Positions 44,560 to 56,719 of a DNA stretch of 64,000 nt are shown one piece after another; the first letter of the stretch is position 1, and every line of letters begins with the position of its first letter. The notes under the pieces were generated by a model that worked only from the letters and a program-made list of their open reading frames with translations, did no database searches and was not told where the DNA came from. A program made the position numbers and the translations under genes. The stretch is taken from the NCBI RefSeq assembly GCF_035084215.1, contig NC_090326.1, positions 98,580,001-98,644,000 of the forward strand, given 5' to 3'. The DNA comes from Heptranchias perlo. Taxonomy: Eukaryota.

Positions 44560-45730
44560 CCTTGGTGTCAAGTGTGTGATGTTTGAACTCTTAAATCTAA
44601 TCTAGTGGTTCTCCTAAGTGCTGCCCGAGGGGTAGGAGTATGTGAGATAGTCGGCTGCTGTGTCTCACAAGGAGCCTCTTGGTTCTGAGGTGGTCCTTGC
44701 TCATGGCAGCTAAGTCCTGGGATGTACCTGCTGCAGGCTGCATCTCTTGTGCTGCTGCAATGGACAACATGGCATTGGCTCCTTTCTGCATATTTGCAGG
44801 CATTAAAGAGGCTGGCAGGAGGACATTTATATGTTGCTATTCTGAGAAATAGCACTATTATCTGTCATGTCAGTAATACTGGGCACTCAATCTGTGTGGC
44901 TTCTGATCTGCAGGAAAGCAAATCTAATGGTTCCAATAAGATTAATGAAGCCCTGTAAGATGTTTATCTGCAATCAGTTGCCAATCCTGTCCAACCCAAA
45001 AGATACAGCCTTCTCCAATCTAACAATCTAAGCATCCATACAAGAAGCAAAGGCTATCCTTAAGGGCTCTGTCATGCTGCATGTTGGACTGTGGTGATGT
45101 TAAATGGTTCTCCAATATACTACAAATGTTGCTGGTGGATTCCTCCACCTGAGCTGCTATCTCCAGCATACTGTCCAATCTGGTCCCCAATGCCTGCACC
45201 AATTCTTGATGCTCTGTGAGCAACATTGTTTTAAATGCTGAGCCCATGAGTTGCAGACCCTCAAGCTCTTCAGATACCACCTCCTGACCCTTTGGCCAGT
45301 AATGTCTTCCTTCTCACAACATACTGCAGTCTCCTCCTTCCACTATCTAACTCCTCCATGTGGATGCATCTGGACTGGTGCTTCAGGTGGAGTGAGGATG
45401 CATGTTGCAAGTGCTGGCATCACCAGATACTGAGGGGCCTGTGTCTTCCTCAAGCTACGGCAGATCTAGAGAGAAAAGAGGAGGAAAGGTTAAAATCGTT
45501 CCTGAAGAGAGGAGCGTACGTGTCACTTTCAGTCGAAGGAATGACATGAGGGTTTCATGATATGGTTAACTAACAATTAATGAAGGGTACAATAGGAGAG
45601 GCAGGATGACCTGACAAATCCCTTCTTACATGTCCATCATTCTTGATGGCCTCTCTTCCCAGGATATGTAAAGCTTTATCCTCATAGGACATAAGAGATC
45701 TAGGTTTCCTCATCTGTAAATATCTTGTGA
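44560..45730 (-). pseudogene. Decayed Harbinger Myb/SANT gene, exons 2-3
   Basis: LMSYEDKALHILG resembles LTPIEDTVLAIIG; acceptor TAG|AT at 45465 in the same phase; MLLTEHQELVQAL...VEESTSNI resembles LMSVHNQTLGAL...MEESSSNL. Confidence 0.6.
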
Positions 45731-46550
45731 TATTGTGATACGTTTCAGTCAATATTTTGAGGGTTGTTGTCTACACTTTAAAAAAATCATTACCACAACT
45801 GGCTCCGTTCCTCAGTCCTGCTCCTACTTGGTGTTCTGGGGAACAGGATGCTGTTGCTCACAAGAATTCTCACAATAGTTTTCTGAGATCAGGAATTTCT
45901 GCCCATAGAAGAGTTCGATCCCTGGAACAGCAGTAGCAGCATCACATAGAAGTCATCAGTGGGACTGATTTCACAGTAGATAAGTTCCTGGTTGCAGATT
46001 ACAGGAAATATGAAGTGTACACAAGACAGTTTACCCGGGGAGATAGGTGTATGAATGGAGGGGGAAAAAAATCAGCAAGCAGGTTGACATACATTTTTCC
46101 TCACATAGTGGTTATGAGGGAGGTGGGTGGGATGAAGGCTGCCAATGTGAACTGGAAGGAGAGTGTCAGTGTGAATTGAGGGGTGAGGTGGAGAGGAAGG
46201 ATGTTTTGGTGAACTGGAGGGACAAGTGACTCTGTGTTGCTTGTTCATATAAACAATTTATGATCAGATTTAGCAACAGGGAATACCAATGCATACCCAC
46301 CATTGTCCACAATTTCTCTGCATTAAGGGAAAATTCCCAACATTTTTGCCACAATCATCTGATATATCTGCAGCTTAAGTCATTACTACATTATGTGCCC
46401 ATTGCACCTTCAGTGTAACTGTACAACAGGAGCCTATATTTAGAGCTCCTTTCAGTTATCAGTTTTTTAAAAAACTGTTATCGAGATTTTGCTAATTTTC
46501 TAGATGGCGGTTGAGGATTGCTGGACTATATGCTGCCAGGTTCTTTTGTA

Positions 46551-46791
46551 ATGATGTGGAGATGCCGGTGATGGACTGGGGTGGGCAAATGTAAGGAATC
46601 TTACAACACCAGGTTATAGTCCAACAGTTTTATTTGAAAATCACAAGCTTTTGGAGGCTTTCTCCTTCGTCAGGTGAGTGTGACGAAGGAGAAAGCCTTC
46701 CTCACCTGACGAAGGAGAAAGCCTCCGAAAGCTTGTGATTTTCAAATAAAACTGTTGGACTATAACCTGGTGTTGTAAGATTCCTTACATT
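46551..46791. mobile_element. Palindromic Penelope-terminus insertion with a 12-bp TSD
   Basis: GGTTCTTTTGTA at 46539-46550 and 46792-46803; inverted arms 46588-46678 and 46701-46791 with 1 mismatch. Confidence 0.85.
46702..46738 (+). ncRNA. Minimal type I hammerhead ribozyme motif
   Basis: TCAC-CTGACGA-A-GGAG-aaagc-CTCC-GAAA-GC-TT-GTGA; predicted cleavage after 46734. Confidence 0.75.
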
Positions 46792-46889
46792 GGTTCTTTT
46801 GTATAAAGGGGATATTATCAACGTTTCTAACTGATGCGGTAAGAGCTTCAAGATTGGAAATAATTAATTAAAATGAACTGCTTTAAAAC

Positions 46890-47420
46890 ACTCCGACTGT
46901 TTTTACTTTGCACCGTGCGGTGTTTAGGGCAAGTATTTGGAATGCTGTGTTGGCGGGAAAGATTTTCGCGCAGTTTACCGCGAGCAGGAAGCGCGCGGCG
47001 CCCCGCGCCGGTAACGAGGAAGTGACGTTCAGAGCGTGACGGAAGTAGATTGCTGCTATCACGAACTGACCGTTTGAGGAATTTGTGCGTATCGGCTCGG
47101 AGCTCGGAGCCGGGAGCCCGGAGCCGGGTAACCGCGGGGCTTCTCTCCATATATGTCCCGACAGCTTGTAATGAAACGCGGTTAAACATTAGTGTTAACG
47201 GGCGACAGAGATCAGGTGGTTTTGGGGGAAGGGAAGGGAGGTGCAGCTGGACCCGTGTTGCGAGGCGCTGATTTTCGGGTCGCTCGTTAACACGTTTCGA
47301 TCCGCGATCGTCCCTGTTTTTATGGTGCTCCTTGAGTCCCGCTTTTACTCCTGTGCATTTTAAACAGCATCTTCCGGGTGGAAGTTGCAACCAATGAGTA
47401 ATGAGTGAGTGCCGCTGACT
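46890..47420 (+). promoter_or_regulatory. CpG-island promoter and probable non-coding exon 1 of the zinc-finger gene
   Basis: CpG-rich; E2F-like TTGGCGGGAAA (46950-46960) and TTTTCGCGC (46963-46971); ETS-CRE GGAAGTGACGT (47018-47028); candidate donor G|GTAACC after 47127. Confidence 0.7.
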
Positions 47421-47584
47421 AGGCCTCTTTTCCCCTCCCCCCAAGAATAGTGTTGGACCATCACATATTTTCATGTTTAGCTGTTTGAAACGTACCTGAG
47501 TGAGATTCAGCTCTATTTTAAATGACTCCAAAACGAAAACATTTGATGTGTATTTTTAATTTGTTGTAGATTTCGTATTGAAAC

Positions 47585-49654
47585 ATGAGTGATGCAGATG
47601 AAGTTGTCCAAGCTAACAAGGATGGAAAAGACGCAGCTAAGAGTGATGCAGACCAAGCACAAGCTAATGGTGATGGAAAAGAGTTTGCAAAGAAAGATTC
47701 AGGCGAAGTTAAATCTCACCATATCAGTAGTGAAAAAGACATAGCTAAGAATCCTGAAGGCCAAGTCCAAGCTCAAGCTAATAGTGGACAAGATGAAGTG
47801 AAGGATCACACAGGCCAAGACCAAGCTCAAGATAACAGTAGTAGACAGGAGGAAGGTGAGAGTGACACAGATGAAGTCCAACCTGAAGATAACAATGCTG
47901 AAAAAGACATAGCTGAGGTTGCTGTGGACCAGATCCATATGCAAGAGAACAGTGGTGTACAAGACACAGCTGGGAATAACATAGGTGAAATTCAACCTCA
48001 AATTAACAGTGGTGAAAAAGATGAAGCTAAGAGTGAGACAGGACAAGTCCAAATTAATACTAATAATCGTGGACAAGATGAAGCTCAGAGTGAGTCGGGC
48101 CAAGTCCAAGATCAAGCTAACATTGGTGGACAAGATGAAGCTCAAAGTGAGTCGGGCCAAGTCCAAGATCAAGCCAACAGTAGTGAACAAGATGAAGCCC
48201 TGAGTGAGTCGGGCCGTGGACAAGATGAAGCTCGCGGTGAGTCGGGCCGTGGACAAGATGAAGCTCGCGGTGAGTCGGGCCGTGGACAAGATGAAGCTCG
48301 CGGTGAGTCGGGCCGTGGACAAGATGAAGCTCGCGGTGAGTCGGGCCGTGGACAAGATGAAGCTCGCGGTGAGTCGGGCCGTGGACAAGATGAAGCTCGG
48401 AGTGAGTCGGGCCGTGGACAAGATGAAGCTCGGGGTGAGACGGGCGGTGGACAAGATGAAGCTCAGGGTGAGTCGGGCCGTGGACAAGATGAAGCTCGGA
48501 GTGAGTCGGGCCGTGGACAAGATGAAGCTCGGAGTGAGTCGGGCCGTGGACAAGATGAAGCTCAGGGTGAGACAGGCCGTGGACAAGATGAAGCTCAGGG
48601 TGAGTCGGGCCGTGGACAAGATGAAGCTCAGGGTGAGTCGGGCCGTGGACAAGATGAAGCTCGGAGTGAGTCGGGCCGTGGACAAGATGAAGCTCGGAAT
48701 GAGTCGGGCCGTGGACAAGATGAAGCTCAGGGTGAGTCGGGCCGTGGACAAGATGAAGCTCAGGGTGAGTCGGGCCGTGGACAAGATGAAGCTCAGGGTG
48801 AGTCGGGCCGTGGACAAGATGAAGCTCAGGGTGAGTCGGGCGGTGGACAAGGTGAAGCTCAGGGTGAGTCGGGCCGTGGACAAAATGAAGCTCAGAGTGA
48901 GTTGGGCCGTGGACAAGGTGAAACTCAGGGTAAGTCGGGCTGTGGACAAGATGAAGCTCAGAGTGAGTTGGGCCAAGTTCAAGATCAACCTACCAGTGGT
49001 GGACAAGATGAAGCTCAGAGTGAGTCAGGACGAGATCAAGCTAACAATGCTGAAAAATATGAAGCTAAGAGTGGCACAAGCCAAGTGCAACCTCAGGCCA
49101 ATGGTGGTAGAAAAGTAGTTGCCAAGAGTGCTGTGGGCAAAGTTAAACCTCAGATAACTGGTGGAAGAGCTGGAGTGCTTACTGGAAAAACTGGTGTGCT
49201 AACTGGGAAGAGATTCCCAATTTATATTGGAAAAAAGAGCAAATTTGCTGCAAAAAGATACTCCAGAAAAACAGGTAAAGCCAGCAGTGACCTATGGCAA
49301 GCTAAGAGTGCCCCAGGCCAAGCTCAAGCTAAGACTGTACTTGCCAAGCCTAAATCCCAAGTAAAGAGTGGTGAAAAAGAAAAGTTAAATGTTCTGGTGG
49401 CAGACAAAGTTCAACCTCAGCTGACTGGTGAAAAAAAACTTCCTTTGAGTGCTGGAAAGATAAACAATGCAAGTGACACTAAAAAAACAGCAAATATGAT
49501 GACAAGTGTGACCAATAAAGACCTATTCCAAGCTAACAGAGATGCAACTGGGCCTCCTGCGAGTGTTGGACCTCCTGCGAGTGTTGGACCTCCTGCGAGT
49601 GTTGGGCCTTTGGCTAGTAAAGATGGCAAATCTATGACGATGTTTTGGTGTGAT
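47585..49654 (+). CDS. First coding exon (690 codons) of an uncharacterised repeat-rich matrin-type zinc-finger protein
   Basis: Acceptor ttgttgtag at 47569, AAACATGA start context, open frame ending ..MFWCD with donor GTAAGT at 49655 (phase 0). Confidence 0.85.
48185..48976 (+). repeat. Coding minisatellite, 24 x 33 bp (GQDEA[R/Q][G/S]ESGR)
   Basis: Unit GGACAAGATGAAGCTCAGGGTGAGTCGGGCCGT; copies counted from the translation. Confidence 0.95.
49550..49609 (+). repeat. Coding 18-bp repeat x3.3 (GPPASV)
   Basis: GG(A/G)CCTCCTGCGAGTGTT three times, then GGGCCT. Confidence 0.9.
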
Positions 49655-52029
49655 GTAAGTATTTAAGCTCCTGCAGAGAGGCTTTTTGACATTTTGTTTT
49701 ATACATTATTTAATGTTTTTGATCTGCTAAATCTGAGCCACCACATGTTAGATATTAATATTACACATCAGTGTTATCACTAGACTTATTTATCAATTGA
49801 AATGGACAAGGTAAACAATTATTAACTGAATTATTTCACTTTTCTAAAAAAAAAGTTAATCTGAGATTATGGCCATATGCTTTGCTGTGCAATTTCGAAG
49901 TGGTTGCAGTATCCTTTCCATACCATGGCTGGCTAACGTTCAGATTCATTTGCTTATATAATGATACTGGGGCTAAATACAGAAATTGGCTTCTTACCTT
50001 CCAGTTTAAAAGTTGTGCGTTTAGCAGTGAGGTTCTTTAAATGTTATACTTCTACCTGCTTTGAGGGATTAGTGGATAAGAAGTATAGTTTAGGAATTAA
50101 TGTTAATCATTAAAGTTGTTTTGGGTGGGATGGGGGAGATAATCTCATATGTAAATTATTTCAAGTGGACAAACTTTTATAGTTATCAGGTCTTTTTATA
50201 AAGTAAGCTCTTACTTTTCCCATTCCCCTGCCTGCCACTTGAATTTTTTTGTTTATATACAGGTCTCGTAAGTGTGAAGATATAAAAATATAGATTGCAT
50301 TTTTACTAAGATTCTATAAAATTATAAAGCTGTGGGGCATTACAACTTTTTTTTTGCATTTCTCATTGTGCACAGCTGAAGCCTTTCACTTCTCCCTCCT
50401 GCTCCTAACCTTCTGGCAAGTGCAGTGCTTGGATATAGCTTGATCTGAAATACATCTTGTTTCAGTAATGAGTCATGGATTTAGTGTAATTTTTTCTTTG
50501 TGATTAAATTTTGAAGACATTTCCAACTTTTTGCAGCAGAAATTGATATTGCTACCTTGAGGTTTTGCATTTCCAAGGCGAACCCTTCTTTTGCAGTTCT
50601 TGCTCTGTGATTTCCAGGAATGAGAAATGAAGAGCAGTGACCAGCAGTATAAGTATATTATTGCATGTTACTGAAACATATGTTGTACGCCTCAAAATGG
50701 ATGGTACAAGGCATATAAAGTAATCAAATAGGTCGTTGTATCATAAAACATTTAAACATGTGGACTTGGCCATATAATTAATTAGCAATGAAGTCAAGTG
50801 GATTGGATTTAATCAGTACCATTCATTGGCTGAACAAATCACATTGAGACATTCTGTTTCAACAATGACTAATATCAAAAAATTCAAAGCACTGATGTAA
50901 ATAAAAGAATATGAATCAAAAGTTCTTGTTTTTATGCTCAGTGTTGTGGAATAATCCCATAGTTGCATGCGTTGATCCAGTTTACACTGCAAGGGTTGGT
51001 GCAGGTTTGTAGATGCTATAGAGGCTGTGGAGAAGTGTAACTTGATGTTAAAAAAATTCTGGAAGTGTAAAATTATAAAGTGGATATGTGTTATTTTTAG
51101 TTCAATTTTGGTAGCTTTTTCTTTAAACTGACATCTGAATAAAGAATGAAACCAGACCATTACATCTTGGGCACAGTGCATGATGCAGAGTTAGTAGGGG
51201 AAGGGTGTTGAAACATGTGATAGATGTAGCTTGAGAATTTGTTTTTCATGGATTGCAACTGGACAGAGGTTTTTTGGGTACAAAGTGATGTGTAAGTATC
51301 TTTTTAGACAGAATGTAATTGGGGCCAAATTTTTTGTATAATATGGTTTGTGAATAAACTTGAAGTTGTTTAGAACTTTGGCAAAGTTGAACATTGCCCT
51401 CGCTAAGACCTGTTAACTACGTACACCAGGCCTCTGTGACTCAGTACAAACAATCAAAAATGGAAGACAGGAAAAGACCTGTCCCATACTACCACAGTAA
51501 GTGATGTATTTACCTGCTGAGTCATGGTGAAATTTCCATTTAGCATTTATCTTAAAATAAACCTCCAGAGCATTTGTAAACTTAATTTTTAAAAAAATGA
51601 TTCCGTCTAAATGAGTGCTGACCCCCACTATCTAACCACTTTGTTGAGGAATTCCTGTTGCCTCTGTGGAATTGCAACCAGTATGAGTCAGTGCTGTTTT
51701 TTCTTTGTTTCCCTGTATTTTTTCCCGTTCTTAGTTTAACTTTCAGTTTATTTTCATTTAAAATAAACTAATTGATATGTTTAGTACTTTTGTCCCTTTT
51801 AGCTAAATAATTTTTTAAACACAGAATGCTCAAGAGAAAAGTTCAATCATCCACTTTGGTGGTGCAAGCAATATTTAATATTTTTTATCCCAAAGATGGT
51901 AATAGTTAACCTTCACTTATAGAAACTTTTACTATAATCTAGTGAAATTTTTCATGCCTAAAGATTTAAATTCTATATTTTTAATATTTTTAATTTTAAC
52001 ATTTGATATTTAAAATATTTTTATTCTAG

Positions 52030-52098
52030 ATTTGCAAAGTAGTTTGCACATCTGCTCTGAATCTCCAGATGCATTTCCTTGGCTTTAAACACAAAAAG
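52030..52098 (+). CDS. Exon completing the matrin/U1C-type zinc finger
   Basis: ttattctag|ICKVVCTSALNLQMHFLGFKHKK|gtaaga; joined to WCD it gives C-x2-C-x12-H-x5-H. Confidence 0.88.
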
Positions 52099-54829
52099 GT
52101 AAGAACAGTTTTAGTTACTGTATAATTACACACTTGGCACTGTCAAAGTATGCTGATAACTTTACTCCTAAATGCTCTTAGAAAATAATGCAGTGTATCA
52201 ATACTGTTATACACTTTCAAATACAGTGGAACCTTGATTATCCACATAGTCACTATCTGCTTTCTTGATTATTAGTAAAAATGTTCATGGGTGTTAATGT
52301 TGGGAGAAGAAAATAAATCATTAATGTAATTTCTAAGTGGCTTTATATCTCAAACCTGCATATGAGCTTACAGCCTGTACACACATAATCTGCAGTCTTC
52401 GTGACATTAGTTGTATGTTCAGCTGCTTAGCAACTCAGGATCAATAAAATAGCTTTTGAAAGTAATTATTTTGGGCTGTGCTGGGCTTGGGTGTGTATTG
52501 AAGTTGAGAAGAGTTTTTTTAAGAATAGAACATTGATCACTTGGAAGCCTCAGGTTTGAGAATTTAGTCTCCCCATTCTATAGAACTGCTTGATTGATGA
52601 CTCACAGCTCTGTATGATATAAGTTTAATGGGTGTACAGCCTCAAACCTTAAATAAATCCCTCTAGCTGATAAATTTAGAATAATGGCACAACACTTTAC
52701 TGAGATTTCTTTGATGTAGATGAGGTTGTTCTTATTGCTTACAACAGTAATGTAACAAAATGTTGGAAGCATTATATGTTGTAAGTATGTGCATGCCTGT
52801 GGCTGTGCACCTTTTTTATGACTCATTACAGCAAAACACAAATCTCAGAATGCAATAGAACCTACATTCATCCCCTAAATCAAATGAGTCATGTTATTAG
52901 AATTTCAGATTGCCTGCAGTTAAATCACTGTGATGGGGCTAAGATTTTGCCACAATTTGGCTGTCAATAGCTTTACATTTTTAAATTGGTGTTTCTCCTA
53001 GCTCCATTGGCTGTTTAACTCAAAGCAACCTGTGACTCTACAAAAGATGCAAAAGAACTGTTTTAGACAGGGTTGTATTAATATATAGGCTACAATTTTA
53101 TTTCTCAGTAATCTACCAAAGCAATCACCGATGGATTTTTCACTCAACACTGCATTCAGACACTGGAATTGTTTTGATAATTTGCACAAAACTTAAATTT
53201 CATTGAATTATTCCATTCCACAATGGATTTCTTGGGAGTATGTTTCACGACTGTAATCTAACCTTAATATTTAGATGATTGTAAATCATTCCTTTTTTTC
53301 TACATTCACTAACCTTACAATAAATGACAGCTTTGCAATGTGTTCTATTTTGGCCATCAAAATATCTTTAGGTGCATATGATTGACCATGGAAAATGGTC
53401 ATGCCATTGAAATGTGGACTGGTAGCCATATAATCTATTTCACTTGTTAAGTTTAGAGGTTTGAAGGAATTGCACCTTGGTTGCCAAAAAACAACAGGGA
53501 CACCCAAATTTAAATCCCATCTTGACAGATACACTCACTCAGGCAACTCATACACATCAGATTTGCCAGTCTTCGTTGAATTGTCAGCGGAAGGAGTAAG
53601 AACCTGCTGAGATTGTTATCTGCCTGCATCCTTGATATGCCTTTTAGTCGGTTGATCAAGGAGCAGTGGTAAGAGCATCTGTGAGATCTTCATGGGTAGA
53701 CCATCCAGCCTTTCCAACAGAGGAGGACGTTATGGACTTGTAGGAAGGGGGAAAAGAAGAGGAGCTACCTGACTCTTCACTGAATAGAAGGCTGGATTTT
53801 CCTTGATGTGCATCAGCTACCTGTCTCAGCAACCCTAATTATTAATGACCATATGAGGAGGTGACCTGGGTTGTTGAGCTACATAAAATACTTTGCTGAG
53901 CTCTGAATTTTGTGCATCTAAAATCTCATTCTGGAGGCTGGACAAAATGATGTGCAAGACTATTAAATTGCTGAATCTCGTACATCTTGACAGAGCAATG
54001 ACCTGAGGCTTTCCTGTGGAAAATCAGTTTATTGGGGCATACAAATCAGCACGCACGGTCTAAATTTTTAATTGTTGCATTGGTAATTACCATTGCTTTT
54101 ACATGTAAAATTTGTTAATGTTACTATAGAAAACTATTACTGTGTTTTTTAAAGGCTTAAACCAGTTTCACACCAGCATGAAATCCATAGCACAAGCAGA
54201 ACTGAGTTTTATTTTAAATTTTTAAAAACTAATCAGAGTTCTAACTCCACTTTTATTCTAAAACAACTGTGAACATGGGCTTATTTTTCTCATCAAATTG
54301 GTTGTATCCTATAGAACTCTAAACCCCTCTTGCAAACGGGACACCTCTTTGAATTCAACATTAGTACTTTGGCTTTAATTTGCAGTGCAGTACAATGATT
54401 TTAAGGAACAAAGAGGTTGATGGTTTTTCCCTCTGAGGGTTACAATGTTCTCAAAGAAAAAAAATCGGCATGCTGTTAAAATTAGTATGAAAACTAAATC
54501 TACAGTCTACAAAATAAAATGCAATCGATGCCTTGGTGGCACAATGCTTTTTCGGTGAGTTGCCCTTCAGATAGTAATATCTCTATATAGATTAGCTCAG
54601 TTTGAAGCAGTATGAATTCATCCAGTTCAGGGTCAGTTGGGATTTAACTCACTTTGTGGACCTATTCAGGACAAGTACCCGAAGGAACAGTCCACACCTT
54701 ATGGCATACCAAAACCAATATTTTTGAGCATGTGAAGTTGAAACTGAAAAGTGAAACTGATGTGGGAGCATTACTTTATAAGAGATTTAGTATTAACTCT
54801 TTCTGACCCTAAATTATCCAACAGCGAAT

Positions 54830-55070
54830 TACTATTTAAAAACAGAGGGAATCATAAGCTACTGAGTGCGAAAAGGTTAAATGTAAAAGGAACCCAGTAA
54901 GCCTGGCATCGTATATTGACTTATAATTCTTTTAATATTTTAAGCATTCCGATCAGATCACCCCTCAATCTTCTATACTCAAGGGAATAGAGGCAAGGTT
55001 TATACAATCTGTCCTCATAATTTAACCCTCTAAGCCCCTGTGTCATTCTGGTGACTCTGTGCTGCACCCA
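54830..55070 (-). mobile_element. Decayed CR1 3' fragment
   Basis: Reverse strand gggttaaattatgaggacagattgtataaac...gattgaggggtgatctgatc. Confidence 0.65.
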
Positions 55071-56182
55071 GAAGTATATTCTTTGTGGTGTCCTTCAATA
55101 TGGTTAATGTCCACTGGCTTAGTAAGAGGGAACCAGGCTTTTTCAGTGGGAGAAGTATTTGTGTTGTCTGTGGGATATAGTCATAATGGGAATTTGGTGG
55201 AACTAGCAAGAATTACATTTGTTGGCTGAAAGGTTCAAATTGACAAAACTCAAGAAAGTGAAATTAAATTCTGACAACTTAATCAACTTTTCAATGAAAC
55301 CATAAGTAATGTTAAAGTATCTTATTTTTCTTTATGGAAGCACTATATATGATTATCCTGGCAGAAATGTTGAAAGTTTTTTTGTAAGATTTGTTCCTAT
55401 GGGGAAGTAGAGGTTATGTAATTGTGCAGACCAATGTGTAAGTAATGCACATTCAATAATTTATTAAAAATTCTATACACTAAAAGAAACTGAGATTGCC
55501 ATGAAAATTTCAACTAAGTACGTTTAAGTTTGTTTCCTTTAAGAAGAACATTGGATCATGGAAAGCACTAGAATTTTTAAATACAATGATGTAAAGGAAG
55601 AATCTTATGATCAAGTAGTCAGCAATTTGTCATAAAATAATCTCTCAAATCTGTAGAATCACTCAATAATTTCAAATAGTACTGGTTGAAATTTTACTGA
55701 AGTTCTGAAATAAAAGATCTTTCTTCTGAAATGGTGATGAGGCCATGTTTTCTGCACGGTCAGAAAATTCCAAGCTTTGCCAGGGGTTGACGCAACTTTT
55801 TAATTGTATGCTTTCTAAGTAACCGATCCAAAATATTCACTTCCATAGAATAGTACAGATGCTTGTCCAGTTATTGTATAAACGTTGCAGAGATTGGGTT
55901 TGCCAGTTTGGAGCTGAATCTAGCAGCCTTCCATGCACAGAGCCTCTAGATCCACTTGCTTTATGTAACTGGCTGTGTGTTCGTGTTGACCCCTGTTTGC
56001 ATTCTTGCAGAACAGCCATGAGGTTTCCTTAATTTAAGCAAGTAGTGAAAAGCCGTCAGAGCAAAATTTGCAAAAGGCACATTTTAATGAAATGTTTCAG
56101 TTTTATGTCCCAACAGAAACAATCTCGCTAATATTTTCTGTTCCCTTTCCTGGTTGATTCTCTCCAAACATCATTATGGCAG

Positions 56183-56207
56183 ATTGAAGCAGCCTTAAAA
56201 TGGAATG
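56183..56207 (+). CDS. Probable 25-nt micro-exon of the zinc-finger gene
   Basis: Pyrimidine tract then GCAG|ATT GAA GCA GCC TTA AAA TGG AAT G|GTAAGT; in phase after HKK (IEAALKWN). Confidence 0.6.
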
Positions 56208-56719
56208 GTAAGTATTGCAGGATTCCTTGTGGATCCTGTTCCCATCTCTACAGATGTTACACGTGTAAAATCTTCATGATGTTTCGAGATTTCATTTCAA
56301 CTGTTAATGTTTACTAAAACTAATGAACATCTATAACTTTTGTTTTAATAGTTCTGAGAATACCTTTTCATAAGATGGTTAACAATGAAAAATACAATAA
56401 TTAGGGCATCTGATTTTGTTGCATGTGTCTGAAAGAACATAACATTTAATTTTCAAAAAATTATTGCTTGGTCAACCTTTGAGAACTGCTAAACTAAATG
56501 GGATGCTATATAATACAATTCTCCACTTTTATTGGCCTATTGCCTCTAACAACACAACTTTTCTAGGGAGTCTCAATTTTGAGTTGCACTTCACCCTTGC
56601 TGAGTGACAACAGGCAGTATTCGTTGGATATGTCCGCTTGTCCATCCTTTAAGCCAGAATACATAGTGGGATATGCTATGACCCAGGAAAAGAGAAAAAG
56701 TACGAATGCAAATTGATGT

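Noticed and set aside
46848-47531. 227-aa minus-strand ORF
   Set aside because: Overlaps the CpG island and has no recognisable domain
48185-48976. CRISPR-like regular array
   Set aside because: Units are contiguous with no unique spacers, the context is eukaryotic, and the array is coding
47699-49118. Long overlapping ORFs (435 aa on -, 304 aa on another + frame)
   Set aside because: A stop-free 33-bp repeat keeps shadow frames open; only the 47585 frame has a start context and splices to a domain
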